A DNA stretch of 51,895 bases from a bacterium (lineage in GTDB: Bacteria; Patescibacteriota; Microgenomatia; UBA12405), in the NCBI GenBank assembly GCA_029561175.1, contig JAKQJL010000041.1, positions 1-51,895 on the forward strand. The letters run 5' to 3'. A program made the translations under genes and the position numbers. The notes beneath the pieces were generated by a model. That model was given only the letters and a program-made list of their open reading frames with translations, made no database searches and had not been told where the DNA came from. Shown here piece after piece: positions 8,078 to 16,037 of this stretch (positions are counted from its first letter, which is position 1; every line of letters begins with the position of its first letter).

Positions 8078-9122
8078 AACTCACTTCTTGGCCCGGAAAT
8101 TTTACTTCCTCTCCCCAAACATAGACTCGATTAACATCCTGTTTCATCTCCATCGAAATTTTCCCTAAAACATCATCCATATTCTGGCCCCTTCTCATAA
8201 TCATTGGTTCAATCCGATCGGCAATTCCGTTTCTTTCTCTTTTTAAATAAACCCTAACCAAACCTAACTTACGCCAAATTTCATCTTTTAGTTCTTCAAT
8301 GGCAACATTTTTTTCAGCCGAAATTGGAATACAATCATTTGGTACTTTTTGGGCCTCAATCCCTAAATCAATTTTAGTTAATAGTTTTACTGCTGGCATA
8401 TATTTTCGATTTTTAGACAAACCATCGATTAATCTATCCACATTCGCCAACTTCTCCCCAATGGTAATAATTACATTATCAAAACCCAATTCCTTGGCAA
8501 TTTGAGCCACCATTTGTTTATCAAAATTACGATAAGGATCAATTACCTGAACCGAACCACGATCAGTTCGAGTAAAGCTCACCTTAGGAGCTCTAGTATT
8601 TAATCTAATCCCTGCTTGATAAAGTTCATTTTCAACCGTTTCAAAAAACTCAACCCGTTTAATATCGGTCATGATTATCACCATGTCTGAAGCCCGAACC
8701 ACCGAAATAACTTTTTTACCAAATCCTTTATTTCCGGCCGCACCCTCAATAATTCCCGGCAAATCAAGCATTTGGATTCGCACCCCTCTATGTTCCATCA
8801 TTCCCGGGATTACTCCCAAAGTTGTAAAGTCATAATTGCCAACTTTTGAAGCTGCATTGGTAATTTTATTTAATAAAGTCGATTTTCCAACTGATGGCAA
8901 CCCCACTAAAACTACCGAAGCATCGCCAGAATGTTTAATTGCATAACCACCACCGCTACTTCCTCCACTGCCACCAATAATCCTATCTTCCAACATATCT
9001 TTTAACTTAGATAACTTGGCCTTCAACACTCCATGATGAAACTGGCTACTCTTATCATATGGCGTATCATGTATCTCTTTTTTGACCGCCTCAATTTTCT
9101 TTAAGATTTCTTCTTTAACCAT
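8031..9122 (-). CDS. DRG/Rbg1-type OBG-family GTPase
   Basis: DRG N-terminal helices (HHGVLKAKLSKLK), KHSGDASVVLVGLPSVGKST, YDFTT, DLPGIIEGA, TKID, TGS-like C-terminus. Confidence 0.9.
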   Translation of the reverse strand: MVKEEILKKIEAVKKEIHDTPYDKSSQFHHGVLKAKLSKLKDMLEDRIIGGSGGSSGGGYAIKHSGDASVVLVGLPSVGKSTLLNKITNAASKVGNYDFTTLGVIPGMMEHRGVRIQMLDLPGIIEGAAGNKGFGKKVISVVRASDMVIIMTDIKRVEFFETVENELYQAGIRLNTRAPKVSFTRTDRGSVQVIDPYRNFDKQMVAQIAKELGFDNVIITIGEKLANVDRLIDGLSKNRKYMPAVKLLTKIDLGIEAQKVPNDCIPISAEKNVAIEELKDEIWRKLGLVRVYLKRERNGIADRIEPMIMRRGQNMDDVLGKISMEMKQDVNRVYVWGEEVKFPGQEVSFSFPVFDEMEVWFGR

Positions 9123-9145
9123 TTGGTAAAATAAAGTTCAATTGC

Positions 9146-10540
9146 ATGAAATTATACCGTATTAGTTCACTATTTTTGCTTTTCTTTTTTGGTTTACTAA
9201 TTAAGCCAGTTTTTGCCGATAATCAAAACATCTTTGGCCTTCACTTATCTCAAACCAGTGATCTTGATAAAGCCGCCCCAATCATTAATAGCTCTCAAGG
9301 CGATTGGGGTTATGCCACCATTGTTATTCGCACCGATCTTCTTAATCAATCAATGTGGCAAGAATTTTTTGATAAATGCCGTAAATACCACATTATTCCT
9401 ATTGTTAGACTTGGAACCATGATGGAAAATGGCAATTGGAAAAAACCTGAATATCAAGATATTGATAACTTAGCCACATTTTTAAATCAGTTAAATTGGC
9501 CTACCAAGCAACAAATAATTATTCCTTTTAATGAAATCAATCATGGCACCGAGTGGGGAGGGGAGGTTGATATTAAAAATTTTGCCGATATTGCCATTTA
9601 TACTTATCAACAATTTAAAAACCTAAATACTAATTTTTATATTTTAGCCACTCCTCTCGACTACGCTTCTCCTGAAAAACCTCCTCAGTTTAAAAAAGTC
9701 GATCGTGTTTACCAAGAGATTTATTTATATAATCCCAAATATTTTGATTCTTTCGATGCCATTGCTTCCCATTCTTATCCTAATCATGGCTATATTGGTT
9801 TGCCCACCGATAAGAGTATTCACTCGATTATTGGCTACCAATATCAACTCGATATTTTTAAAAAATTAGGAGTAAAAAATAACTACGACGTTTATCTTAC
9901 TGAAACTGGCTGGCCACATCGAGAAGGGGAGCAACCTCAAAATAATTTATATACTACCAATACTACCGCTAAATTTTTCAACGAAGCCTTAGCTATTTGG
10001 CAAAAAGATCCCAAAGTAAAAGCTGTCACTCCTTTTACTTTCAACTATCCCTATCAGCCCTTTGATCATTTTTCTTGGGTAGATAAATCAGAAACACTTT
10101 ACCCCGCTTATCAAGCAGTGGTTGATTATCCCAAAACCGCCAATCATCCAGAACAAATTACCGATTATCAGTTAGTTAAATCAAGCATTCCGCTATTTTT
10201 AATTGCTGGTTCAGAATATGGTGGTCAAATTACTCTAAAAAACACTGGTCAATCGGTTTGGGGAGAAACTAATTTTTGCTTAAACCCTATAAGTTCCGAT
10301 AATATTATTACAGATGCCATTTGCACCCCCAAAGATTTTGTTTATCCTGGCCAAACCTGGACTTTTGAATTTAAATTTAAAGTAAACAAACCTCAAAATT
10401 ACAACACCAAGTCTTTTCTCCAGTGGGATAACCTTCCCGCAGTTGAAATTATTCCTTTTACTAAAACCGGATCTATTTACAGCCCTAAAAATACCATTAA
10501 CGAACAACTCCTCCGTTTTTTATCCCGATTCTTTTTGTAG
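9146..10540 (+). CDS. Exported clan GH-A glycoside hydrolase with C-terminal Ig-like domain
   Basis: Signal peptide, FNEINH acid/base, SHSYP, TETGWP nucleophile, LKNTGQSVW Ig-like motif. Confidence 0.75.
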   Translation: MKLYRISSLFLLFFFGLLIKPVFADNQNIFGLHLSQTSDLDKAAPIINSSQGDWGYATIVIRTDLLNQSMWQEFFDKCRKYHIIPIVRLGTMMENGNWKKPEYQDIDNLATFLNQLNWPTKQQIIIPFNEINHGTEWGGEVDIKNFADIAIYTYQQFKNLNTNFYILATPLDYASPEKPPQFKKVDRVYQEIYLYNPKYFDSFDAIASHSYPNHGYIGLPTDKSIHSIIGYQYQLDIFKKLGVKNNYDVYLTETGWPHREGEQPQNNLYTTNTTAKFFNEALAIWQKDPKVKAVTPFTFNYPYQPFDHFSWVDKSETLYPAYQAVVDYPKTANHPEQITDYQLVKSSIPLFLIAGSEYGGQITLKNTGQSVWGETNFCLNPISSDNIITDAICTPKDFVYPGQTWTFEFKFKVNKPQNYNTKSFLQWDNLPAVEIIPFTKTGSIYSPKNTINEQLLRFLSRFFL

Positions 10541-10542
10541 TG

Positions 10543-10624
10543 TGCCGCTGAGAGGACTCGGACCTCCACGGATTGCTCCATACGCTCCTAAAGCGTACGT
10601 GTATACCAATTTCACCACAGCGGC
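10543..10624 (-). tRNA. tRNA-Leu(TAG), T-loop TCCGAGT
   Basis: Anticodon arm TACGC-TTTAGGA-GCGTA; very similar to Leu(CAG). Confidence 0.94.
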
Positions 10625-10636
10625 ATTAAAACAACT

Positions 10637-10663
10637 TATTTTATCAATAATTTTGATAAAATA
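10637..10663. promoter_or_regulatory. Bidirectional extended -10 promoter pair
   Basis: Inverted repeat TATTTTATCAA-TAATT-TTGATAAAATA gives TGATAAAAT on both strands between divergent tRNAs. Confidence 0.65.
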
Positions 10664-10672
10664 GCTTGACTT

Positions 10673-10746
10673 GTCCTCGTAGCTCAGTAGGATAGAGCGC
10701 TTCCCTTCTAAGGAAGAGGTCGTTGGTCCGATTCCAACCGAGGATA
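10673..10746 (+). tRNA. tRNA-Arg(TCT), T-loop TCCGATT
   Basis: Anticodon arm CTTCC-CTTCTAA-GGAAG. Confidence 0.93.
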
Positions 10747-10756
10747 CCCGTAGCTT

Positions 10757-10828
10757 GCGCCTATAGCTCAATGGATAGAGTACCAGTCTTCGGAACTGGT
10801 GATGAGGGTCCGATTCCCCCTGGGCGTA
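10757..10828 (+). tRNA. tRNA-Arg(TCG), T-loop TCCGATT
   Basis: Anticodon arm CCAGT-CTTCGGA-ACTGG; one A.C mismatch in the T-stem. Confidence 0.9.
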
Positions 10829-10832
10829 CACC

Positions 10833-10905
10833 GAGCCGCTAGCTCAGTCGGTAGAGCAATCGCCTCTTAAGCGATTGGTCGAGAGTTCGAGTCTCTCGCG
10901 GCTCA
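10833..10905 (+). tRNA. tRNA-Lys(CTT)
   Basis: Anticodon arm ATCGC-CTCTTAA-GCGAT. Confidence 0.95.
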
Positions 10906-10935
10906 CAAATAATTAATCTAAGATACAATACTCAT

Positions 10936-11187
10936 ATGGATTTATTTTTTATCTACTCAGGCAAATGGAAACCATTCAGGCTTTCTTTTTTAGTTTCAAT
11001 AATTTTTTCAATTTTAGTATTCGCTGGTAAAACTAATACTTATAGTTGGGATACTTATTTAATAACCTTCTTAACAATTTTTATTCCTTTAATTTTAATT
11101 TTATATTTATTAACATTTTTATTTATCTGGGTATTTCCTCCTCAAAAAGGCGCTGAAGGTATTTGGCAAGATTGGTGGAAACCATAA
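10936..11187 (+). CDS. Small hypothetical membrane protein
   Basis: 83 aa, two TM segments, TACAAT just upstream. Confidence 0.65.
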   Translation: MDLFFIYSGKWKPFRLSFLVSIIFSILVFAGKTNTYSWDTYLITFLTIFIPLILILYLLTFLFIWVFPPQKGAEGIWQDWWKP

Positions 11188-11208
11188 TTGAATCTGCTAA
11201 ACTAATTC

Positions 11209-11931
11209 ATGCTGATTTTATTTTTTGTTTTAAGCCTAATCCTACCCCAACCTTCTTTTGCCCAAAGCCAAGAATATTTTAAATATCAAGAAAATTATCA
11301 AATTTTTATTGAAAAAACCAACGTTAACAATACTTATCACAGCATTTCTACTCAAAAAGAACTTTTTGAAATAACTAAAAAGACCTTAAATACCAGAGAA
11401 TTAGCTCTTAAATCATATTTAAACTCTCTAAAAACACGTCTTCCTCAATACCAATCAGCCAATCCAGAAGCAACCCAAAAACTAATTGATCAACTTCAAC
11501 AACTCGAGGTTTGGTTAGATCAAAAAGCCCAATCAGCTCTGACTCTTAATTCCGACCCTGACCTAAAAAACTATGCTCTCGAATTCAGCACTAAATATTT
11601 AGAAATCCAACAAGCAGCCTATTCTTCTTTAGTTCAACACGAAGTTAACCAAAAAACATTAGTTCTTAATGAATTAGACACCTTAGCACAATTAATGAAA
11701 ACTTCGCCATCAATTAAAAATCAAGATTGGCTACCAGATATCGAAGCTACTAGCTCCCAAATAAAAGCAAAATTATCCGAAAGTCTTCTTGAAACCGTCT
11801 CACCACAATATAATCATCAAGAATTCAATTCTTTTTACGCTGATTCTAAAGAGTACTTAAACGAAGCTCAACAGCTATTAACCAAAATGTTTTCAAATTT
11901 AACTATCATTCTTATTAAATCAAAATCATGA
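11209..11931 (+). CDS. Exported coiled-coil hypothetical protein
   Basis: Signal peptide ending PSFA; all-helical composition. Confidence 0.7.
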   Translation: MLILFFVLSLILPQPSFAQSQEYFKYQENYQIFIEKTNVNNTYHSISTQKELFEITKKTLNTRELALKSYLNSLKTRLPQYQSANPEATQKLIDQLQQLEVWLDQKAQSALTLNSDPDLKNYALEFSTKYLEIQQAAYSSLVQHEVNQKTLVLNELDTLAQLMKTSPSIKNQDWLPDIEATSSQIKAKLSESLLETVSPQYNHQEFNSFYADSKEYLNEAQQLLTKMFSNLTIILIKSKS

Positions 11932-12224
11932 TCCAACTTTCTTTTTTAAAAACCATTGATAAAAAATATTTAATCATTATTGGATTATTTATTTTTTTTA
12001 CTTTAGTTTTAGTTCTCTCAACCTCAATTCAAAATCAAAAAACTCAAACTAATCTTCCCACCCCCACTCCAACTCCAGTTTTAGCCACTCAAAAACAACC
12101 AATGACCAACGATCTTAATCAAGTTCCAACCGAATTTTACGAAACAGTTAATAAAATCAACCAAAATTTAAAAATCACTGTTCAAGACGACTTTCCCCAA
12201 ATTGATTCAAAAATTGGTTTCTAA
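11928..12224 (+). CDS. Single-pass membrane protein with PT linker
   Basis: ATGA overlap with the upstream gene; TM plus PTPTPTP. Confidence 0.7.
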   Translation: MIQLSFLKTIDKKYLIIIGLFIFFTLVLVLSTSIQNQKTQTNLPTPTPTPVLATQKQPMTNDLNQVPTEFYETVNKINQNLKITVQDDFPQIDSKIGF

Positions 12225-12788
12225 TTATTTTCTCGACAAATAAGTTCCGTATTCAGTGCTAATTGAAATTTCGTCACCAACTTTAACAAACAAGGGGACT
12301 TGGATTTTAGCACCAGTGTCTAAAACAGCATTTTTCATGGCTGAAGTAGCGGTATCACCCTTAACTGAATTTTCAGCCTCAACCACAGTACAAATAATAC
12401 TTTTTGGTAAAGTTACTCCGACTGGTTTTTCGTCATAAAATTTAATTCGATACAAAAGGCTTTCTTTCAAATAAACTTTATCATCACCCATCACTTCCGC
12501 AGGAACTGAATATTGTTCAAAAGTTCTTGGTTCAATAAAAACATAATTACTTCCATCAAAATATGAATATTCAGCCTCATGAGTTTCTACTAGAACCTCT
12601 TCAACTTTTTCTCCCGATTTATAGGTATATTCAACCACTCTTCCAGTAAAAAGAGATTTCATTTTTACTCGATAGAAAGCTGAACCCTTTCCCGGCGACA
12701 CGAAAGTTATATCCACCACCATATTAGGTTCTTCGTGGAAAATAATATACATGCCTTTTTTGATTTGTGAAGTTGTGATCATTCCCAT
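12225..12788 (-). CDS. efp: Elongation factor P
   Basis: PGKG loop, KGDTAT, GAKIQVPLFVKVGD. Confidence 0.97.
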   Translation of the reverse strand: MGMITTSQIKKGMYIIFHEEPNMVVDITFVSPGKGSAFYRVKMKSLFTGRVVEYTYKSGEKVEEVLVETHEAEYSYFDGSNYVFIEPRTFEQYSVPAEVMGDDKVYLKESLLYRIKFYDEKPVGVTLPKSIICTVVEAENSVKGDTATSAMKNAVLDTGAKIQVPLFVKVGDEISISTEYGTYLSRK

Positions 12789-12793
12789 AACCG

Positions 12794-13009
12794 CTATTCT
12801 ATCTCAAGATTAGTTCTTTTCCAACCCCTCTCTTGTTTTCTAGTACCAATTGGATCATTTATTTCTGATTCAGTCATCCCCAATCTTTTTGCTCTAACAG
12901 CCACGATTTCTCTTACCAAGTTCAAAATATGGTTTTTATTTTCTGGGTTCAAATTTTTTAAAAGTATCAATGTTGTCTCAGTATCTCGTTTATCTTTATC
13001 ACTTGCCAT
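12794..13009 (-). CDS. Small hypothetical protein
   Basis: 71-aa ORF preceded by TGGTATAAT. Confidence 0.55.
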   Translation of the reverse strand: MASDKDKRDTETTLILLKNLNPENKNHILNLVREIVAVRAKRLGMTESEINDPIGTRKQERGWKRTNLEIE

Positions 13010-13042
13010 TGGTAATCTATTATACCATTTTAAATTTTTTCC

Positions 13043-13090
13043 AAAAAAAATCCCAGAGCATGCTTTTTAGAGGAGCCACCCCGGGATCTA
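13043..13090 (-). ncRNA. Candidate small RNA (hairpin with CCUCU loop plus U-tract)
   Basis: Follows a near-consensus promoter; stem ATCCCGGGGTGGCT/AGCATGCTCTGGGAT with four G-U pairs; ends in a T8 run. Confidence 0.6.
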
Positions 13091-13096
13091 GGGCTG

Positions 13097-13125
13097 ACTA
13101 TACCAAAACACAACCAGTATGTCAA
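13097..13125 (-). promoter_or_regulatory. Sigma70 promoter
   Basis: TTGACA (13120-13125), 17 bp, TATAGT (13097-13102) with extended TG. Confidence 0.8.
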
Positions 13126-13128
13126 CAA

Positions 13129-13725
13129 CTAGAAATTACCAGACTCAATAGTATTAATAAACTGATTTACTCCTCGAGCCCAAGAACCATCCGAGTGTGG
13201 GCAATATTTCTTCATGATTAACTCAGGGGTATTCAAACCTTTATCAAAATATACTCTCTTTAAATACTCAGCATAACTCTTTAAAGCTAATTCATAACTA
13301 TCAAATTTTAGTGTTCCATTCTTATGAATTCCATAACCCCAACAATTGTGAGAACCTTCAGGTATTTTTTTACATAAGTTTGATTCTTGTTGACCAATCG
13401 CTGGAATCCAATAATATTCAAATCCATATGTTTCCGATAAATCAAAAATTAGCTGATAGTATGGAGCCAGGGGAGAGTTGTACTTTTCTAAATATCTTTT
13501 GATTAACAATGGTCTGGCATCAGCTTCAACCTCTTCTGTCATTATCTTATTTTCAGCTATTTCATTAGCAATTGTGGCAGCCTTGGTTTCTACTACCGGC
13601 ATGGTAACCACTTTTACACTTTTCTTAGTTGAGTAATAACTGTAATAAAACAAAGATGACCCCAAAAATACCATCAAAACTAAACCACACCAAACTAAAC
13701 CAATTTTAAAAAAAATCCTCTCCAT
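13129..13725 (-). CDS. Membrane-anchored protein with probable lysozyme-like (glucosaminidase/SLT-type) domain
   Basis: N-terminal TM; IPAIGQQESN...NCWGYG...KYCP..SW pattern. Confidence 0.6.
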   Translation of the reverse strand: MERIFFKIGLVWCGLVLMVFLGSSLFYYSYYSTKKSVKVVTMPVVETKAATIANEIAENKIMTEEVEADARPLLIKRYLEKYNSPLAPYYQLIFDLSETYGFEYYWIPAIGQQESNLCKKIPEGSHNCWGYGIHKNGTLKFDSYELALKSYAEYLKRVYFDKGLNTPELIMKKYCPHSDGSWARGVNQFINTIESGNF

Positions 13726-13763
13726 TTGTTTATCCTTTTTATCATGATATCATAGCCATAATT

Positions 13764-14552
13764 ATGAAAACAGATATCAAAGAATTAGAACAACTTAAGG
13801 ATAAAACTTTTGTTCTCCATCTTACTATTTCAAAAGAAAACCTCCTCAAAGAGTATCAAGAAGTTCTCAAAGCTTTTCAAAAAAATTTTACTAAAAAAGG
13901 CTTCCGACAAGGCAATGTACCCTTAAACATCGTCGAATCTGAACTCGACAAAAATCAAGCTTATTCCGAAATTCTCTCTCATTTACTGTCCCACCTTTAT
14001 CAAGACAAAGTAAAAGAATACGGTTTACGTCCAGTAATCGACCCTCAAATTAAAATTACCAATCCTCCTTTAACTCTTGATAAAGACTGGCTAGTAGATG
14101 TCACTGCCGCCGAACTCCCTCAAATTGAGCTAGATAAAAACCTTTATCAAAAAATCGCTAAAAACAATAGTTCTACCGATTTAATTATCAAAACCCTACT
14201 TGAAAATACCAAAGTAACTTTACCTCAAATCTTAATTGAGTCAGATGTTCAAAAAAATCTATCTAGAATGGTTGATCAAATTGAGTCAGCTGGTATGAAA
14301 GTTGAAGATTATTTAAAATCTAAAAACGAAACCTCAAAAAGCTATCAAGAAAAAATTGAAAAACAAGTTAAAGAAGAATGGACCATAAATTTGGCGATCA
14401 ACCAGATTTCAATTAACGAAAAAATTCAAGTTGAACCTAAAGATGCCGAAGAAATATTCAAAAAACAACCAGAAATGAAAAACAATCCAGAACTAGTTTT
14501 TTACCTACTTACTCAGCAAAAAGTTATTGACTTCTTAAAAAACTTAAAATAA
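13764..14552 (+). CDS. tig: Trigger factor, short form lacking the FKBP PPIase domain
   Basis: KGFRQGNVP ribosome-binding motif joined directly to the C-domain; 262 aa. Confidence 0.85.
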   Translation: MKTDIKELEQLKDKTFVLHLTISKENLLKEYQEVLKAFQKNFTKKGFRQGNVPLNIVESELDKNQAYSEILSHLLSHLYQDKVKEYGLRPVIDPQIKITNPPLTLDKDWLVDVTAAELPQIELDKNLYQKIAKNNSSTDLIIKTLLENTKVTLPQILIESDVQKNLSRMVDQIESAGMKVEDYLKSKNETSKSYQEKIEKQVKEEWTINLAINQISINEKIQVEPKDAEEIFKKQPEMKNNPELVFYLLTQQKVIDFLKNLK

Positions 14553-14571
14553 CAATTTGCTATAATAATTT

Positions 14572-15135
14572 ATGGCAGGTGGATTCTCGGGCAAGTTCGA
14601 CCCGAAGCTACAACAATTAATTAAGGCAAATAATAACGAAGTACTTAAAGACTCTACCAACTTTCCTGCGCCCAAAAAATCTCTCTTTGGAATTTTAAGT
14701 CTAAATCAACCTTCCGAAATTACACCTAATCACCAAGAAAAAACTCAAGAAAATCCTTGGACCATTAGTCATCTCGAAAAAGAAACCAAAGTTCTTTTTG
14801 ATCAACATCAGGTTGAAATTAAGAAAGAAATTGAAGAAATTTTAGCCGCCATTAAACAATTAATTGAAAAGAGCCAAGACCTTAAAGAAGAAGTCAAACA
14901 AACTGTTTTTCCAGAAGTAGTCGAACCTTCAAACTATCAAGTTGGTTTTCTAGGTCGAATAAAAAAATATATTTTAGATTCAATTCAAGATATTTCCGAA
15001 GCCAACCTTTGGGTAAACTCTTTTAATACTCGTAAAAAGAAAAGAAATTATTATTGGAACACTGGTAAAAGCAAAAAAGGTGGTCAACAATACCTTAATT
15101 CTAGTGAGCACTCAATTTCTCGAAGTGTAAATTAA
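14572..15135 (+). CDS. Conserved hypothetical protein (resembles CPR DUF5660-type proteins)
   Basis: Coiled coil, PSNYQVGFL, KKKRNYYW...GGQQYLNSSEH C-terminus. Confidence 0.6.
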   Translation: MAGGFSGKFDPKLQQLIKANNNEVLKDSTNFPAPKKSLFGILSLNQPSEITPNHQEKTQENPWTISHLEKETKVLFDQHQVEIKKEIEEILAAIKQLIEKSQDLKEEVKQTVFPEVVEPSNYQVGFLGRIKKYILDSIQDISEANLWVNSFNTRKKKRNYYWNTGKSKKGGQQYLNSSEHSISRSVN

Positions 15136-15138
15136 CCC

Positions 15139-15360
15139 ATGCCTACCGTTAAAATAGAAATTCCTGAACATATTAGTGCCGTCAAAACAAATTTATTTTC
15201 TAAAAACAGGGTAAATATCGTCTGCCCAAGACAAACTCTCGTTATGGAAAATGCTAGTTTTGCTAAATTAATAACTTCTAGATTTCAGGGTATTGAATAC
15301 ACCTGTCCAGATTGTAATACTGAAATTTTTATTCCCCGAAAAAATATTCACATGTTATAA
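15139..15360 (+). CDS. Small hypothetical protein, possible Zn-ribbon
   Basis: 73 aa with VCP and TCPDC motifs. Confidence 0.55.
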   Translation: MPTVKIEIPEHISAVKTNLFSKNRVNIVCPRQTLVMENASFAKLITSRFQGIEYTCPDCNTEIFIPRKNIHML

Positions 15361-15371
15361 TCCACCTATTC

Positions 15372-15445
15372 GAGTCTGTAGCTCAGTTGGTTAGAGCGTT
15401 TCATTGACATTGAAAAGGTCGGAGGTCCGAGTCCTCCCAGACTCA
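15372..15445 (+). tRNA. tRNA-Val(GAC), T-loop TCCGAGT
   Basis: Anticodon arm TTTCA-TTGACAT-TGAAA. Confidence 0.93.
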
Positions 15446-15496
15446 CGTATAACTAAGAAACTTTACTATTACCCTTATATATGATATTATAGGTCT

Positions 15497-15931
15497 ATGA
15501 ATACAACTCAAGAAAAATTTGACTCAACTAATAGTGTTATAAACATAGTTTTCGAACCTTTATGTAGACAAGTAAATCAGCCACCACGTGTAACAGAACC
15601 TAATATGAACCACATTCTCCCTGAAGCCACTGAAGGAACATTAACTGAATTAAGAGAACAATTATTTGATCAAGCAAAACAAGCTAATATCATAACTGCT
15701 GATGTAGCAAAAGGTATGTCAGAATTTGCTGCTGGAGCCGCAACTGTTATTACAGCTGCAAAAACCAAAGATCCAGTTGCTACAGTTCTTACTTTTTTCA
15801 TCTCATTTACATTCTTTTCCCCACTTATCGAAGGACTTTCTCATATGGCTATGGACCCTGCTAAAGAATTTCTACAACGACAAGCCGCTAAAAAACTCAT
15901 GAGATGTGAAGGAATAAAAGTGATAGAATAA
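15497..15931 (+). CDS. Hypothetical protein with hydrophobic hairpin
   Basis: 144-aa ORF downstream of tRNA-Val. Confidence 0.6.
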   Translation: MNTTQEKFDSTNSVINIVFEPLCRQVNQPPRVTEPNMNHILPEATEGTLTELREQLFDQAKQANIITADVAKGMSEFAAGAATVITAAKTKDPVATVLTFFISFTFFSPLIEGLSHMAMDPAKEFLQRQAAKKLMRCEGIKVIE

Positions 15932-15961
15932 CCCAATGTTTTTCTTAAACACTACTATATT

Positions 15962-16011
15962 GCCCAACAGGGCATAGTTTTTTCCTTACCTTGTTTGGGC
16001 TGTCTTTTTTT
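15962..16011 (+). terminator. Hairpin plus T-tract, possible terminator
   Basis: GCCCAACAGGG...CCTTGTTTGGGC followed by TGTC-T7. Confidence 0.45.
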
Positions 16012-16037
16012 CTTTTTATTAACTTATAATTCCTATT

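Noticed and set aside
10280..10831. ORFs 10280-10507, 10443-10664 and 10520-10831
   Set aside because: Overlap the glycoside hydrolase and tRNA genes; no protein features.
12970..13221. 83-aa plus-strand ORF across the candidate sRNA
   Set aside because: Antisense to two genes, no recognisable features; the AGAGGAG has no start codon at SD distance.
15932..16037. T-box riboswitch before thrS (also checked before pheS)
   Set aside because: No GGTGGnACCGCG motif; a -10 box lies directly before the start.
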